From an uncultured Solirubrobacteraceae bacterium (GTDB taxonomy: Bacteria; Actinomycetota; Thermoleophilia; Solirubrobacterales; Solirubrobacteraceae), in contig CAWDVD010000002.1 in assembly GCA_963805745.1 (NCBI GenBank), positions 1,253,119 through 1,317,118 on the forward strand: 64,000 nt of DNA, in the 5' to 3' direction. Position 1 is the stretch's first letter, and every line of letters begins with the position of its first letter. The notes beneath the pieces are model-generated. The model was not told where the DNA came from. It made no database searches and saw only the letters and a program-made list of their open reading frames with translations. Positions 1 to 10,326 of this stretch are shown in pieces. The translations under genes were made by a program, and so were the position numbers.

Positions 1-440
1 CGGGTCGCCCCGACGGGCTGAGCGGCTGGATCGCTCAGCAGGGCACCCGCCCGCTGGTGACGCCCTGGCACATCGTCGTCGACCTCGCCGCCCGCAGCGT
101 GAAGACCTACCGGGACGGCGACCTGGCGAGAAGCTTTCAAGCCGTTGTCGGCAAGCCCTCGACGCCGACGCCCGCCGGTGAATTCTTCGTGGAGGAGGTG
201 CTGCAGATGGCGCCCGCCGAGCCCGGGGGGCCGTTCGCGCTGGCGCTCAGCGCCCGCTCGAACGTGTTGCAGGAATTCGAAGGCGGTCCGGGCCAGATCG
301 CCATACACGGCCGCGACAACCTCGGAGGAACACTGGGCGCCGCCGAATCGCACGGCTGCATCCGCCTCGCCACCGCGAGCATCGACTGGCTGGCGGCGCG
401 CATCGGACCGGGCACGCCGGTGACGATCGAAGAGGATTGA
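1..440 (+). CDS. L,D-transpeptidase (YkuD family), 5'-truncated by the window edge
   Basis: The frame is open from base 3 (GRPDGLSGWI...). It has the catalytic motif IAIHGR...AESHGCIRL. Confidence 0.85.
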   Translation, partial: GRPDGLSGWIAQQGTRPLVTPWHIVVDLAARSVKTYRDGDLARSFQAVVGKPSTPTPAGEFFVEEVLQMAPAEPGGPFALALSARSNVLQEFEGGPGQIAIHGRDNLGGTLGAAESHGCIRLATASIDWLAARIGPGTPVTIEED

Positions 441-455
441 AGGCCGAAGCCTCGA

Positions 456-1436
456 TCAGGGACGCGCACCCGCGCGCAGCTCCGCGAGACCGTCGGGGAT
501 GCTCTTGACGGGCGCGTAGCCGAGCTGGTCGCGCGCCTTGTCGATTCGGATCGTGCACTCCTGCGCGGAGACCCAGTAGGCGAAGCGGGTCAGCGGCGGG
601 CGGGCGGGGAGGGGCAGCAGCCGCCAGCTCGCCTCGCCGGCGCTCGCCAGCACGTGCGCGGCCGCCGCGGGGATGCTGCGCGAGGGAGCCTCAAGTCCCT
701 GCGTGGCCAGCAGCTCACCGACGAACTCGCGAAACACGACCGGCTCGCCGTCGGTGACGAAGTAGGCGTTGCCCGGGCGCCCGCGCGTGGCCCCGAGGAT
801 GAGCCCCTCGACGGTGTTCTCGACGTGGGTCGTCGAGGTGCGATGGCGCCCGCCGGCGATCCACGCGAAGCGCCCGCCGCGAACCATCTCGGCCATCACC
901 GGCAGCAGCGTCGTGTCGCCGAGGCCCCACACGAAGCGCGGGCGCACGACGACCGTCTCGAAGCCGTCGCGGTTGGCTGCCATGACGGCCTGCTCCGCGC
1001 GCGCCTTGGTCGCGCTGTACAGAGCCGGCGAGTCGGGGCGCAGCGGCGCCGTCTCGTCGACGTTCACGAGCGGCTCGCCGGCCAGCAGCGCGGCCTCGGT
1101 GCCGACGTGGACGAAGCGGCGCACGCCGGCCTCCACACAGGCGCGCAGCGCGTTGCCCGTGCCCTGGACGTTGCCGCGCTCGAAGTCCTCGCGCCGGCCC
1201 CAGTCGCCGAGCGTCGCGGCGGCGTGAAACGCGAGCTCGCAGCCGTCGGCGCCGGCGCGCATGGCGGTGACGTCAGCGAGATCGCCGGCCACGGGCTCCG
1301 CGCCACGCGCGCGCACGCGCTCGGCCGCCGCGCTCGAGCGTGCTAGCGCTCGCACGGCGTGACCGTCAGCGCGCAGGCGCTCGATCAGCCGGCCGCCGAT
1401 GAAGCCCGAGCCACCCGTCACGAACACCCCGGTCAT
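456..1436 (-). CDS. NAD-dependent epimerase/dehydratase (extended SDR)
   Basis: N-terminal VFVTGGSGFIG Rossmann motif and YSATK (YxxxK) catalytic motif. Confidence 0.9.
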   Translation of the reverse strand: MTGVFVTGGSGFIGGRLIERLRADGHAVRALARSSAAAERVRARGAEPVAGDLADVTAMRAGADGCELAFHAAATLGDWGRREDFERGNVQGTGNALRACVEAGVRRFVHVGTEAALLAGEPLVNVDETAPLRPDSPALYSATKARAEQAVMAANRDGFETVVVRPRFVWGLGDTTLLPVMAEMVRGGRFAWIAGGRHRTSTTHVENTVEGLILGATRGRPGNAYFVTDGEPVVFREFVGELLATQGLEAPSRSIPAAAAHVLASAGEASWRLLPLPARPPLTRFAYWVSAQECTIRIDKARDQLGYAPVKSIPDGLAELRAGARP

Positions 1437-1462
1437 GCTCGCCGCAGGCTACCCTAGTCCGC

Positions 1463-2362
1463 GTGGACGCGATCGAGCCCAGGACGGTGTCGCTCCACGG
1501 TCGCCCGGTGAGCTACGTCGAGGCGGGCAGTGGCCCGGTGCTGCTCCTGATCCACGGGATGGCCGGCACGTACGAGAACTGGCAGGCGGTGATCGAGCCG
1601 CTTGCCGAGCGCCATACGGTGCTCGCACCCGACCTTCCCGGGCACGGCTCCTCGGCGCCCGGCGGCGGCGACTACTCGCTCGGGGCGCTCGCCGCCGGCC
1701 TGCGCGACCTGCTGATCGCGCTCGGCCACGACCGCGCGACGCTCGTCGGGCACTCGCTCGGCGGCGGGGTGGCGATGCAGTTCGCCTACCAGTTCCCCGA
1801 GATCACCGAGCGTCTCGCGCTCGTCTCCAGCGGTGGGCTCGGCCCGGAGGTCAGCCCCGTGCTGCGCGCCGCGGCGCTGCCGGGCGCGGACCTGTTCATC
1901 GCTGCGACGGCGGGGCCGGGCGCGATCGCGGGATCGGCGCTCGCGCGTGGCCTCGCGGCGGTCGGTCTGCGCCCGAACGCCGACGTCGCCGAGGTCGCCC
2001 GCGGATACGCGTCGCTGTCGGACCGCGGCCGTCGCGCCGCGTTTCTGGCCACGTTGCGCGCCGTGGTCGGCACCGACGGCCAGCGCGTCGACGCGGGCGA
2101 CCGGCTGTACCTCGCCGAGGGCGTGCCCGTCCTGATCGTATGGGGGCGAGGAGACCGGATCATCCCCGTTCACCACGGCGAACAGGCCCACCTGGCGATC
2201 CCGGGCAGCCGCCTGGAGGTCTTCGACGGGTCCGGCCACCTGCCGCAGCTCGACGCACCCGGGCGCTTCGTCGCGGTGCTCGAGCGATTCCTGGAGGAGA
2301 CCGAGCCCGCGCGGTGGGACACCGGGCAGTGGCGTGCCCGGCTGACCGCCGCCGGCGAGTGA
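1463..2362 (+). CDS. alpha/beta-fold hydrolase
   Basis: LLIHG, APDLPGHG, GHSLGG nucleophile elbow, and a C-terminal GHLPQ His. Confidence 0.9.
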   Translation: MDAIEPRTVSLHGRPVSYVEAGSGPVLLLIHGMAGTYENWQAVIEPLAERHTVLAPDLPGHGSSAPGGGDYSLGALAAGLRDLLIALGHDRATLVGHSLGGGVAMQFAYQFPEITERLALVSSGGLGPEVSPVLRAAALPGADLFIAATAGPGAIAGSALARGLAAVGLRPNADVAEVARGYASLSDRGRRAAFLATLRAVVGTDGQRVDAGDRLYLAEGVPVLIVWGRGDRIIPVHHGEQAHLAIPGSRLEVFDGSGHLPQLDAPGRFVAVLERFLEETEPARWDTGQWRARLTAAGE

Positions 2363-2384
2363 CGGGGGCCGCGCGAAGCGGCTG

Positions 2385-2939
2385 CTAGGGGTCGAGCTCG
2401 GAGCGAAGCTTCGTCAGCCCGAGCCGCATCCGCCCCTTGACGGTGCCCGGCGGAAGGGCGAGCCGGCGCGCGATCTGCTCGTGGGTGAGGCCGTCGAAGA
2501 AGCCCAGTTGGATCACCTGCCGCTGCGCCGGCGGCAGCAGCGCGAGCAGCTCGGCCAGCTCCTGCGTCTCGGCACGGGCGGCGAAGTCGCCGGGCACGTC
2601 GTCGCGTGAGGGCTCCTGCTCGAGCCGAGCGTCGTCGCGCGCGGCGGCGAGCGAGCGGCGGCGCGCCAGGTAGATCGCGCGGTGGCGGACGATGCTCATC
2701 GCCCACCCCGCCACCGATCCGCGCGCCGGCTGATAGGTCGCCCGCGAGGACCACATCGAGACGAAGGCATCCTGCACGGCGTCCTGGGCGCAATCGCGGT
2801 CATGGCAGACGGAGAAGGCGGTGCGGTACGCGCGCACGGCCAGGCGGTCGTACAGCCGCCCCAGCGCAAGACGCTCTCCCGCCTGGACCTCGCGCATGAG
2901 CGCGGCGTCCGTCAGCTCCAGCGAAAGCGCGGCCCTCAT
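2385..2939 (-). CDS. ECF RNA polymerase sigma-70 factor (SigK-like)
   Basis: Region 2 (AQDAVQDAFVSMW) and region 4 (THEQIARRLALPPGTVKGRMRLGL). The ATG at 2939 overlaps the upstream stop (ATGA). Confidence 0.85.
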   Translation of the reverse strand: MRAALSLELTDAALMREVQAGERLALGRLYDRLAVRAYRTAFSVCHDRDCAQDAVQDAFVSMWSSRATYQPARGSVAGWAMSIVRHRAIYLARRRSLAAARDDARLEQEPSRDDVPGDFAARAETQELAELLALLPPAQRQVIQLGFFDGLTHEQIARRLALPPGTVKGRMRLGLTKLRSELDP

Positions 2940-3307
2940 GCGGCAACCTCGATCGGCGCCAGGAAGAACATCTCGCAGGCGATGCCCGGCGAGGTCTGGT
3001 TGGCGCTCATGAAGGCCACGACCCGGCGCAGCGTCAGGCGCTCGACCTCCGCGCTGAAGTCGTCCTCGCGGTCGGCCTGGAACGCCACGCGCCCGTCGAT
3101 GACCTCGCTCGCCCCGCCGGCGGCCACCTTCTCCTGCTCCGAGGAGCTCAGGATGTCCTCGAGTATGCACACGACGACGTTGTCGTTGATGTACGTGCTC
3201 GCGGTCGTCCGGTCGTGCCCGTAGAACTCGCCGTAAAGCCTAACCATTGCCGCGGATATGGCCCGCGTGAGACCCTCTCCACTCGGCAGAGCGTGAACGT
3301 CTGGCAT
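2936..3307 (-). CDS. DUF2294 / MpsC-like small protein
   Basis: AISAAMVRLYGEFYGHDRT...VVCILED...VERLTLRRVVAFMS pattern typical of the family. Confidence 0.75.
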   Translation of the reverse strand: MPDVHALPSGEGLTRAISAAMVRLYGEFYGHDRTTASTYINDNVVVCILEDILSSSEQEKVAAGGASEVIDGRVAFQADREDDFSAEVERLTLRRVVAFMSANQTSPGIACEMFFLAPIEVAA

Positions 3308-3598
3308 GAGCGCCTCGGTTCTCCCGGCTCTATCGATGGACGCGCGGGCAGGAGCAGAGGAGAAGCCCGGCGCTTGATCTCCGTGTCATTGTACTCTCCC
3401 GGCGCGACCGCTGCGGGATCGCGACCGCGAGTGATCCAAATACGCCTGGCCGTACTAGTGGAGAGTGGGTAGCGTCCCCCCAACGCTGAACCCTCTGGCA
3501 CATTGGGCGCGGGGTCGACGGCGGTTTTCCTGGGCCATCTTCCTCGCGCCCTTGTGCACCGGTGAGAGCGGGTTCTCCCCCGCTCCCACCGTAAGCTC

Positions 3599-5425
3599 CT
3601 ACCAGTTGATCGGCGGCGGCGGTTTTGCCGTCATTTCGATCGTGTTGCCCGGTCCGGACATCGTGGCGGAGAGGACCGGTCCGAACAGACCGCATCCGCC
3701 GAATTCCGGGACGGTGACCGTGGTCTTGAACGAGAAGCCGCCGGTGACCAGCTCGTTCACCGGCTCGGAGATGCTCAACGGCAGTGAGATCGGTTCGACC
3801 GTCGTGCAGCCGATCGGGACCGTGAAGATCCCGACGCCGACCGAGCCCACGAGCTCGTTCGCCGAGCCGCTGGCGCTCTCGCTGAACACCCCGCCGTTGG
3901 TCAGGCTCACGCTGCCGTGGATCGCACCGGTTGGGGTCAGTGCGCCCTTCACGGTGACTGGGATCAGACCGATGTCGATCGTCTGGTCGATCGGCGGTAT
4001 CGACAGGGTCGCCGTCAGCGCACCCGAGGTGACGTCGCCTTCGGCGCTCAACGTCGAGCCCTTGGGAACTTCGACTGAGAGGCCGCTCTTCTTCTCGGTC
4101 ACCTTGCCGCTCAGTTCCCACGCCGGCAGCGGGACGATCAGATCGCCGGTCTCGGGGGTCAGGCGAGCCGAGGACGGCAGCGTCGCGCTCGCCGAGTGAT
4201 CCCCGCACGTGCTCGGCGCCGTCTTGCCCGCCAACCGTCCTTCGATCCAGCTGATCACGTTGGAGATCGCCGTCGGGTCTGTCAGCAGGTGATCGCCCGG
4301 ATACAGCTGGAAGTCGTCCTTGACGCCCAGTTCGCACCACCTCTGGTGCAGTTCCACATCCTGCTTCACCGGCACGAACTCATCCTCCAGGCCGTGGTAG
4401 TGGTAGACGGGCACGGGCACCGATTTCGTCCCGAGCTGCTGTTCGTCGATGATCCTCTGCATCGCGGGGTGTTCGGACTCGAGCTGCGCGAACGACTTGT
4501 TGCCGATCGTGTATTCATCGCTGTTGACGTCGCGGAATTCCGCCAGCGACTGGATCGCGCACTCGCTCAGCAGCTTGCCCGCCGCTTCGAGGCCGGCCGC
4601 GTTGGAGAGCGAGGCGAGGTTGAATTCTTCGGGGTAGGCCGCGCTGAGGCCGATCAACCCGTCCAGCCCAAAGGCGGTGCCGACGGACGCGTTGTCGAAT
4701 TCCCCGATGGCCTGGAGGTTCGCGGGAACGCCGCCGACGGCGAGGCCCACCATGTCCACGTTGGGCGCGTAGCTCGACTGGAGCTCTCCGGCCCAACCCG
4801 CGGCCTGACCGCCCTGCGAGTAGCCCCACACGATCACCGGATCCTTTTCGGTGATCCCCGAGCCAGGGACCTGCCTGCCCGCGCGCACCGCGTCCAGCAC
4901 CGCCTGGCCCTCCGCCCTGCCGGCCGAGTAGGTCGGAACTGCGCCGTTGGTGTAGCCCTGGTAGTCGGTGACCGTCACCGCGTAGCCCTTTTTGAGGGAT
5001 TCGATGATCGCGCCGCCGTCGTACTCGGTGCCTTCGGCGATCTGCAACGACGGGGCGCACTGATGGGCAAGGCCCTGCGTGCCCTCCGCATAGCTCACGA
5101 CCGGCCGTTCCCCTTTGCCGATCCATTTGGCGGTGGGCACGATCACGGTCCCGGTCACCCAATCGGGTTGACCCTGCTGGCCGGTGGACTGGTAGAGCAC
5201 GGTCCACGCTTTGATGCTGGGAAGCGTGACGTTGAGATCGACCGTCGCCGGCCGGTACCAGACGAGTTCACCGGCGGTGCCGGTGGGAGTGGGCGACGGC
5301 GGCGTGTAGAACGCCGACCCGGACGGCCCTTCCACGGGCGTCGCGGAGGCCACGGAGGCCATCGCCAGGACAAAGACAACCGAAAGCACGAATACCGCCC
5401 GCGCCAGAGCCGCGCGATGGGTCAT
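3599..5425 (-). CDS. Secreted lipase (LIP/secretory lipase family) with a C-terminal beta-rich domain
   Basis: Signal peptide, VTVTDYQG, GYSQGG nucleophile motif, DEFVP and GDHL. An alternative GTG start lies at 5455. Confidence 0.8.
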   Translation of the reverse strand: MTHRAALARAVFVLSVVFVLAMASVASATPVEGPSGSAFYTPPSPTPTGTAGELVWYRPATVDLNVTLPSIKAWTVLYQSTGQQGQPDWVTGTVIVPTAKWIGKGERPVVSYAEGTQGLAHQCAPSLQIAEGTEYDGGAIIESLKKGYAVTVTDYQGYTNGAVPTYSAGRAEGQAVLDAVRAGRQVPGSGITEKDPVIVWGYSQGGQAAGWAGELQSSYAPNVDMVGLAVGGVPANLQAIGEFDNASVGTAFGLDGLIGLSAAYPEEFNLASLSNAAGLEAAGKLLSECAIQSLAEFRDVNSDEYTIGNKSFAQLESEHPAMQRIIDEQQLGTKSVPVPVYHYHGLEDEFVPVKQDVELHQRWCELGVKDDFQLYPGDHLLTDPTAISNVISWIEGRLAGKTAPSTCGDHSASATLPSSARLTPETGDLIVPLPAWELSGKVTEKKSGLSVEVPKGSTLSAEGDVTSGALTATLSIPPIDQTIDIGLIPVTVKGALTPTGAIHGSVSLTNGGVFSESASGSANELVGSVGVGIFTVPIGCTTVEPISLPLSISEPVNELVTGGFSFKTTVTVPEFGGCGLFGPVLSATMSGPGNTIEMTAKPPPPINW

Positions 5426-5664
5426 GCGAACACCCCTCTCCCTAGTTCGTTTCACAGTGATCGAGCACCGTCGCGCCCTCGCCCCGAAGACCCGATCCAG
5501 GCGGCCCAGGCGAGGCGTGGAGCCTCGACGGAGCGAAACTGTAGCAGTGCCATACCTGTTTGTAAAGACCTCGCCGGGTCGCCCCCCCTTTGCCGCGAGC
5601 GGCCTCGCCGGAGCCGAGCGCCCGAGCTCCAGAGCGCGCCCACCGGCCTGCGAGAATGCGTGGC

Positions 5665-6297
5665 ATGAGTCCGGCCACCCAAGCCCCCCGCCTCTACCGG
5701 GGCATCAGCTCGTCAGAGCGCCGTGCTCGCAGGCGCGAGCGGTTCCTGGAGGCTGGTCTGGAGCTGTTCGGGACGGCGGGATACGCAGGCACCTCGATCC
5801 GCGCCCTCAGCGCAGAGGCCTCGCTGAACTCGCGCTACTTCTACGAGTCCTTCAGCAGCAGGGAGGATCTGCTGTACGGCGTCTACAGGGGCATCATCCG
5901 CGAGATCGCCGAAGCCTCGGAGAGGGCGACCGCGGAGGCCCTCACGATCGAAGAGAAGGCGCGGGCTGGTCTGCGAGTCGGCTGGACGACCCTCACCGAG
6001 GACCCGCGCAAGGGGCGTGTGGTGTCGCTCGAGGTGGTCGGCGTCAGCGATCGCCTGGAGCGGCTGCGCCGCGAGAACAGGCACCGGTTCGCCGATCTCC
6101 TGTTCGCCGATCTCCTGACCGACAACCGCAGCCGCCTGGACCCCGTGCTCGCCGGCCGCTCGGTCATGGGTGGCGTCATGGACGTGCTGACCGACTGGAT
6201 CAACGGCGATCTCGACGCGTCGGTCGATGAGATCGTCGAGCACTTCACGCAACTGTTCGTGGCGGTGGCGAACGCCGCGGGCCCGACGGAGACCTGA
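5665..6297 (+). CDS. TetR/AcrR family transcriptional regulator
   Basis: N-terminal HTH (FLEAGLELFGTAGYAGTSIRALSAEASLNSRYFYESF). It is divergent from the lipase gene. Confidence 0.9.
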   Translation: MSPATQAPRLYRGISSSERRARRRERFLEAGLELFGTAGYAGTSIRALSAEASLNSRYFYESFSSREDLLYGVYRGIIREIAEASERATAEALTIEEKARAGLRVGWTTLTEDPRKGRVVSLEVVGVSDRLERLRRENRHRFADLLFADLLTDNRSRLDPVLAGRSVMGGVMDVLTDWINGDLDASVDEIVEHFTQLFVAVANAAGPTET

Positions 6298-6303
6298 CCC
6301 GCG

Positions 6304-8220
6304 TCAGGAGGATCGTGGCGCCCGCGCCAATGCGGGAGCGTCGATGTCGGCCCTGCCGCGGAAGAACGCTTCGGTGGCGGCCACGTCGAGTGGCCGCGCG
6401 AACAGGAAGCCCTGCCCGTTGTCGCAGTCCTCGTCTCTGAGCAGTAAGAGCTCGTGCTGCTGCTCGATGCCCTCCGCGAACGTGTCGATCGAGAGCGCCT
6501 TGCCGAGTTGCACGAGCGTGCGGATGAGAGTCTCGCCCTCCTTGTTGTGCCTCAGCCCCGAAATGAACGAGCGGTCGATCTTCAACGCGTCGACCGGGAA
6601 CTGCTGGAGGTGGGCGAGGGATGAGTAGCCGGTGCCGAAGTCGTCGATCGCCAGGCGCACGCCGAGCTGCTTGATCTCGCCGAGGCGGCGGACCGTCTGC
6701 TCGACGTTGCGCATGAGCGTCGTCTCGGTGATCTCGATCGTCAGCGCCGCCGGGTCCAGCCCGCTGTCGCAGAGCGCGCCCCGTATGTGCTCGATGAGCT
6801 GATCGCTGTCCAGCTGGCGTCCGGAGACGTTGACGGCCATCGCGATCGGAAAGCCGTCCCGGCGCCAAGCCGCGCACTGAAGGCAGGCCTCCTGCAAGAC
6901 CCACCTGCCGACCTCCGTGATCAGTCCGGTCTCCTCGAGCAGCGGGATGAAGTCGTTGGGTTGCACGACGCCGCGCACGGGATGCCTCCAGCGAATCAGG
7001 GCCTCCACTCCAGTGGGCGTCATGTCACTGAGGGAGAACGTGGGCTGATAGGCGAGGAAGAACTCCTCCTTCTCGAGAGCTTCGCGGAGGTCCATGTCGA
7101 GCTCCATGCGGTTGGCCACCGTGTCCTGCATGCCGCTCTCGAACACCGCGTAGCGGTTCTTGCCATCCCACTTGGCCCGGTACATGGCGATGTCGGCGTC
7201 GCGCAGGAGCTCCTCCGCCGAGGTCCGCTGCCCTGCCGCGATCCCAATGCTCGCCGTCACGGTCAAACGCGTCTCCCCGTCGGCGCCGAGCTTGAACGGG
7301 TGCTTCAGCGCATCGAGCAGGCGCTCGGCGACGAGCTCGGGCCCAGCCGCCAGCGAGAGCTCCTCGGCGATCACGACGAACTCGTCCCCGCCGAGGCGCC
7401 CCAGCGCGTCGACGTGGCGCACCACCCCCCCGAGCCTGGCGGCGACGGCGCGCAGCAGCTCATCGCCGACGCCGTGACCCAGGGTGTCGTTGATGCTCTT
7501 GAAGTTGTCGATGTCGATGAACAGCGACGCCACGGGCGTCTGGTTGCGAGCGGAGCGCGCGAGCATCTGCTCGACGCGATCCAGGATCAGCGTTCGGTTC
7601 GGCAGGCCGGTCAGCGGGTCGTGCGTCGCCAGGAACGCGAGCTCCTCCTCGCGCCGCGCGAGCTCCTCATCCGTGCGCTGGCGCTCGGCCTCGAAGCACT
7701 CGCACATCCGCAGCAGGTTGAACTCGACGCTCATCTGCACCATGCTCAGGGCTTGCGAGAGCGCGTGGGGCGAAACGTCCAGCTGTGCGGCGCAGTCACG
7801 CAGGACCTCCGCCATCACATTGCGCCACCACAGGCTGCGCCTGGTCACCTCGTTCAGCGACGCCGCGCGGTGGGCGGCCAGCTCACCGAAGATCTTCGAG
7901 CTTTCCCTGGCGGCGTCGTTGGTCACCTCGAGACCCTCTCCCGCGATCCAGCGGGCGACCGCGACCGTGGACCCCACGCATATCCGCTCGAAGCTGTCCT
8001 GAACCACGGCGTCGACGAGTTCGCCCGATCTGATGGTTCGCGCGACGGTCTTCTCGAGCACGTCGTCCGCGCGCGCCTTCAGCGCCTCGCCGAGGCGGCC
8101 CAGATCCTCCGCGGGCGGCTCCGTTGGAGCGGACGGCGGCGCCGGCGCTGGGATCTCTCCCTGCGCCACGCTCGAGCGTTGACCCGTCATCTCGAGCATC
8201 AATCGGCTGCCGGGCCCCAT
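6304..8220 (-). CDS. Diguanylate cyclase/phosphodiesterase (GGDEF-EAL)
   Basis: Intact RLGGDEF, VEALIRW and DDFGTGYSS motifs, with a soluble helical N-terminal domain. Confidence 0.92.
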   Translation of the reverse strand: MGPGSRLMLEMTGQRSSVAQGEIPAPAPPSAPTEPPAEDLGRLGEALKARADDVLEKTVARTIRSGELVDAVVQDSFERICVGSTVAVARWIAGEGLEVTNDAARESSKIFGELAAHRAASLNEVTRRSLWWRNVMAEVLRDCAAQLDVSPHALSQALSMVQMSVEFNLLRMCECFEAERQRTDEELARREEELAFLATHDPLTGLPNRTLILDRVEQMLARSARNQTPVASLFIDIDNFKSINDTLGHGVGDELLRAVAARLGGVVRHVDALGRLGGDEFVVIAEELSLAAGPELVAERLLDALKHPFKLGADGETRLTVTASIGIAAGQRTSAEELLRDADIAMYRAKWDGKNRYAVFESGMQDTVANRMELDMDLREALEKEEFFLAYQPTFSLSDMTPTGVEALIRWRHPVRGVVQPNDFIPLLEETGLITEVGRWVLQEACLQCAAWRRDGFPIAMAVNVSGRQLDSDQLIEHIRGALCDSGLDPAALTIEITETTLMRNVEQTVRRLGEIKQLGVRLAIDDFGTGYSSLAHLQQFPVDALKIDRSFISGLRHNKEGETLIRTLVQLGKALSIDTFAEGIEQQHELLLLRDEDCDNGQGFLFARPLDVAATEAFFRGRADIDAPALARAPRSS

Positions 8221-8349
8221 CCCTGAAGACCTGAAGGCCCCTTTGCAGACAGATGTCGTTGTCAGCCCGGGGCCGGTCGCACGCCGGCCGCCTCCTGTGA
8301 TGCACCGCAGCGATGCGCTCGCGGACGGCAGCGCAGCCGCGACTGCGTC

Positions 8350-9111
8350 TCAGGCCGTGCGCCGCAGGATCACGGCGAACTCGTCCAGGTGCTTCTGGGC
8401 GAGCTCGAGCGCGGCCGGGAGCTCGATGGCTCGCAGCAGCTCGAGGAAGCTCTCGAGCTCCCACACGTGGAAGTGGTGGCGTGTCCCTTCGCGGGCGAAC
8501 TGTGCCACCCGCTCGGCGACGCTCTCCTCTGGCAGGCACTCCACGCGCGCCCACTCCAGGTAGTGCTCGTAGCGCGAGATCTCGGGGCCCTCGCGATGGT
8601 CGCGCAAGACGTGCGCAACCGTCGTGCGGGCGCGCGAGACGTCGAACGTGTGTCGGGCGTCGGGCAGCGTGACGAAAAGGATGCCGCCCGGCCGCAGGAC
8701 ACGGACGAGGTTCTCCAGGGCGGCGATCGGGTCCTCGGTGTGCTCGAGCATGTGGTTGGAGACCACGAAGTCCACCGATTCCTCGGCGAAGGCTTCCAGC
8801 CGCTCGCCGTCGTCGATCACGTCGACGTTCACCACCCATCGCGGGTTCCCGTACACGGCGCTCGAGTGCGTCGCCAGCAGCTGCTCGCGGCTCATCACGT
8901 CGACGTAGCGCACCCGCGCCGCCCGAGGCAGGCGAAGCGGACGCTGCAGCGCGCCGATCTCGATCCCATCCCCGCGCAGGTAGCGTCGCGCGAGATCCTC
9001 GCGAAAGGTGGCCATGTCCGCCCGGTCGCTTGCGCGGAGCAGCACGTCACGCACCCGTTGGCGTATACGACGGGTGCTCAGGCGGGTGCGAAGCTCTCTA
9101 CCGAGTTTCAT
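8350..9111 (-). CDS. Class I SAM-dependent methyltransferase
   Basis: GIEIGAL, VDFVVSNHMLEH and VLRPGGILF motifs. The ATG at 9111 is my chosen start. Confidence 0.8.
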   Translation of the reverse strand: MKLGRELRTRLSTRRIRQRVRDVLLRASDRADMATFREDLARRYLRGDGIEIGALQRPLRLPRAARVRYVDVMSREQLLATHSSAVYGNPRWVVNVDVIDDGERLEAFAEESVDFVVSNHMLEHTEDPIAALENLVRVLRPGGILFVTLPDARHTFDVSRARTTVAHVLRDHREGPEISRYEHYLEWARVECLPEESVAERVAQFAREGTRHHFHVWELESFLELLRAIELPAALELAQKHLDEFAVILRRTA

Positions 9112-9227
9112 GAGGGTGTTCTCGCGGGCGCGCCCTGCGCGATCGATGGCCGGTTTCCACCACGATCTGACGTCCCCTACTCTGGCAGTTGGCACTGACT
9201 GCGTAGTATCGGACATGATGGCTGGCG

Positions 9228-10271
9228 GTGTCGGAATCGGACCACCAAGCACGCCGCGCCGCCGAGCGTCCACGGGCGATCGCGGACCGGCAGCTGATGA
9301 GCTTCGGACGGCGCATCGGCTTCCTGAGCGCGATCGTGCTCATCCTGCTGCTCCTCGGCGCGCTCGGCCTGGCCCTCAGCGAAGGAGTCGGCTTCTGGTA
9401 CGCGTTTCGCTGGGCGCTCGACACGGCGGCGACGGTCGGGGGCTTTCCCCGGCCTCGCACGACCGTGGGCCAGATCGTCGAAGTCGCGCTCGTCGTGCTG
9501 GGCGTAGGTACGCTCTTCTACGCACTTGCCACAGTCGCCGAGTTCTTCGTGGCGGGACACCTCGCCGACGTGCTGGCCATCAGGCGCATGCAGAAGATGA
9601 TCGACTCGCTCACCGGCCACCACATCATCTGCGGCTTCGGTCGCGTCGGGCGTCAGGTCGCGCACGATCTGCACGCGGCGCGCGCCGACTACGTGGTGAT
9701 CGACACCGACCCGGAGAACCGTCACCTGGCCGAGGGGCTCGGCGTGTGCTTCATCGAGGGCGATGCCGCGGATGACGCGGTGCTGCTCGAGGCCGGGATC
9801 GAGCGCGCGCGCTCGATCATCGCGTGCGCGGACTCGGACGCCAACAACGTGTTCATCACGCTCACGGCCCGCGGGCTGCGGGCAGACATCGCGATCGTGG
9901 CGAGGGCTGCGATGGAGGACACCGAGAAGAAGCTCAAGCGGGCGGGGGCCGACCGCGTCATCTCGCCGTACAAGGCCAGCGGCACGGAGATGGCAAGGCT
10001 GGCGCTGCACCGCCAGCTGAGCGGGGTGGTGGACGTGGATGTCCAGTACCGCCTGGAGGAGATCGAAGTGGGCGACAGCTGCGAGGGGCTGGGCCGGACG
10101 GTCGGCGACATCCGCGGAGGCTCGATGATCGTCGGCCTGCGGCGCGGGGCGGAGTTCCAACCGCAGCCGCCCGGCGAGACCACCCTGCTGCACGGCGACA
10201 TCATCATCGCCATGGGCACGCCACCCGCGCTCGACCGGCTGGAGGGGCTGCTCGAGGACGGAGGTTCGTGA
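9228..10271 (+). CDS. Two-TM potassium channel-like protein with RCK (TrkA-N/TrkA-C) domains
   Basis: Two hydrophobic helices flank a pore-like segment (TAATVGGF). These are followed by ICGFGRVG and a TrkA-C domain. Confidence 0.85.
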   Translation: MSESDHQARRAAERPRAIADRQLMSFGRRIGFLSAIVLILLLLGALGLALSEGVGFWYAFRWALDTAATVGGFPRPRTTVGQIVEVALVVLGVGTLFYALATVAEFFVAGHLADVLAIRRMQKMIDSLTGHHIICGFGRVGRQVAHDLHAARADYVVIDTDPENRHLAEGLGVCFIEGDAADDAVLLEAGIERARSIIACADSDANNVFITLTARGLRADIAIVARAAMEDTEKKLKRAGADRVISPYKASGTEMARLALHRQLSGVVDVDVQYRLEEIEVGDSCEGLGRTVGDIRGGSMIVGLRRGAEFQPQPPGETTLLHGDIIIAMGTPPALDRLEGLLEDGGS

Positions 10272-10326
10272 GCGTCTGCGATCAGCCGATCGGACGCTCT
10301 CCTGACCGGCCGCAGCTGAAGATATC

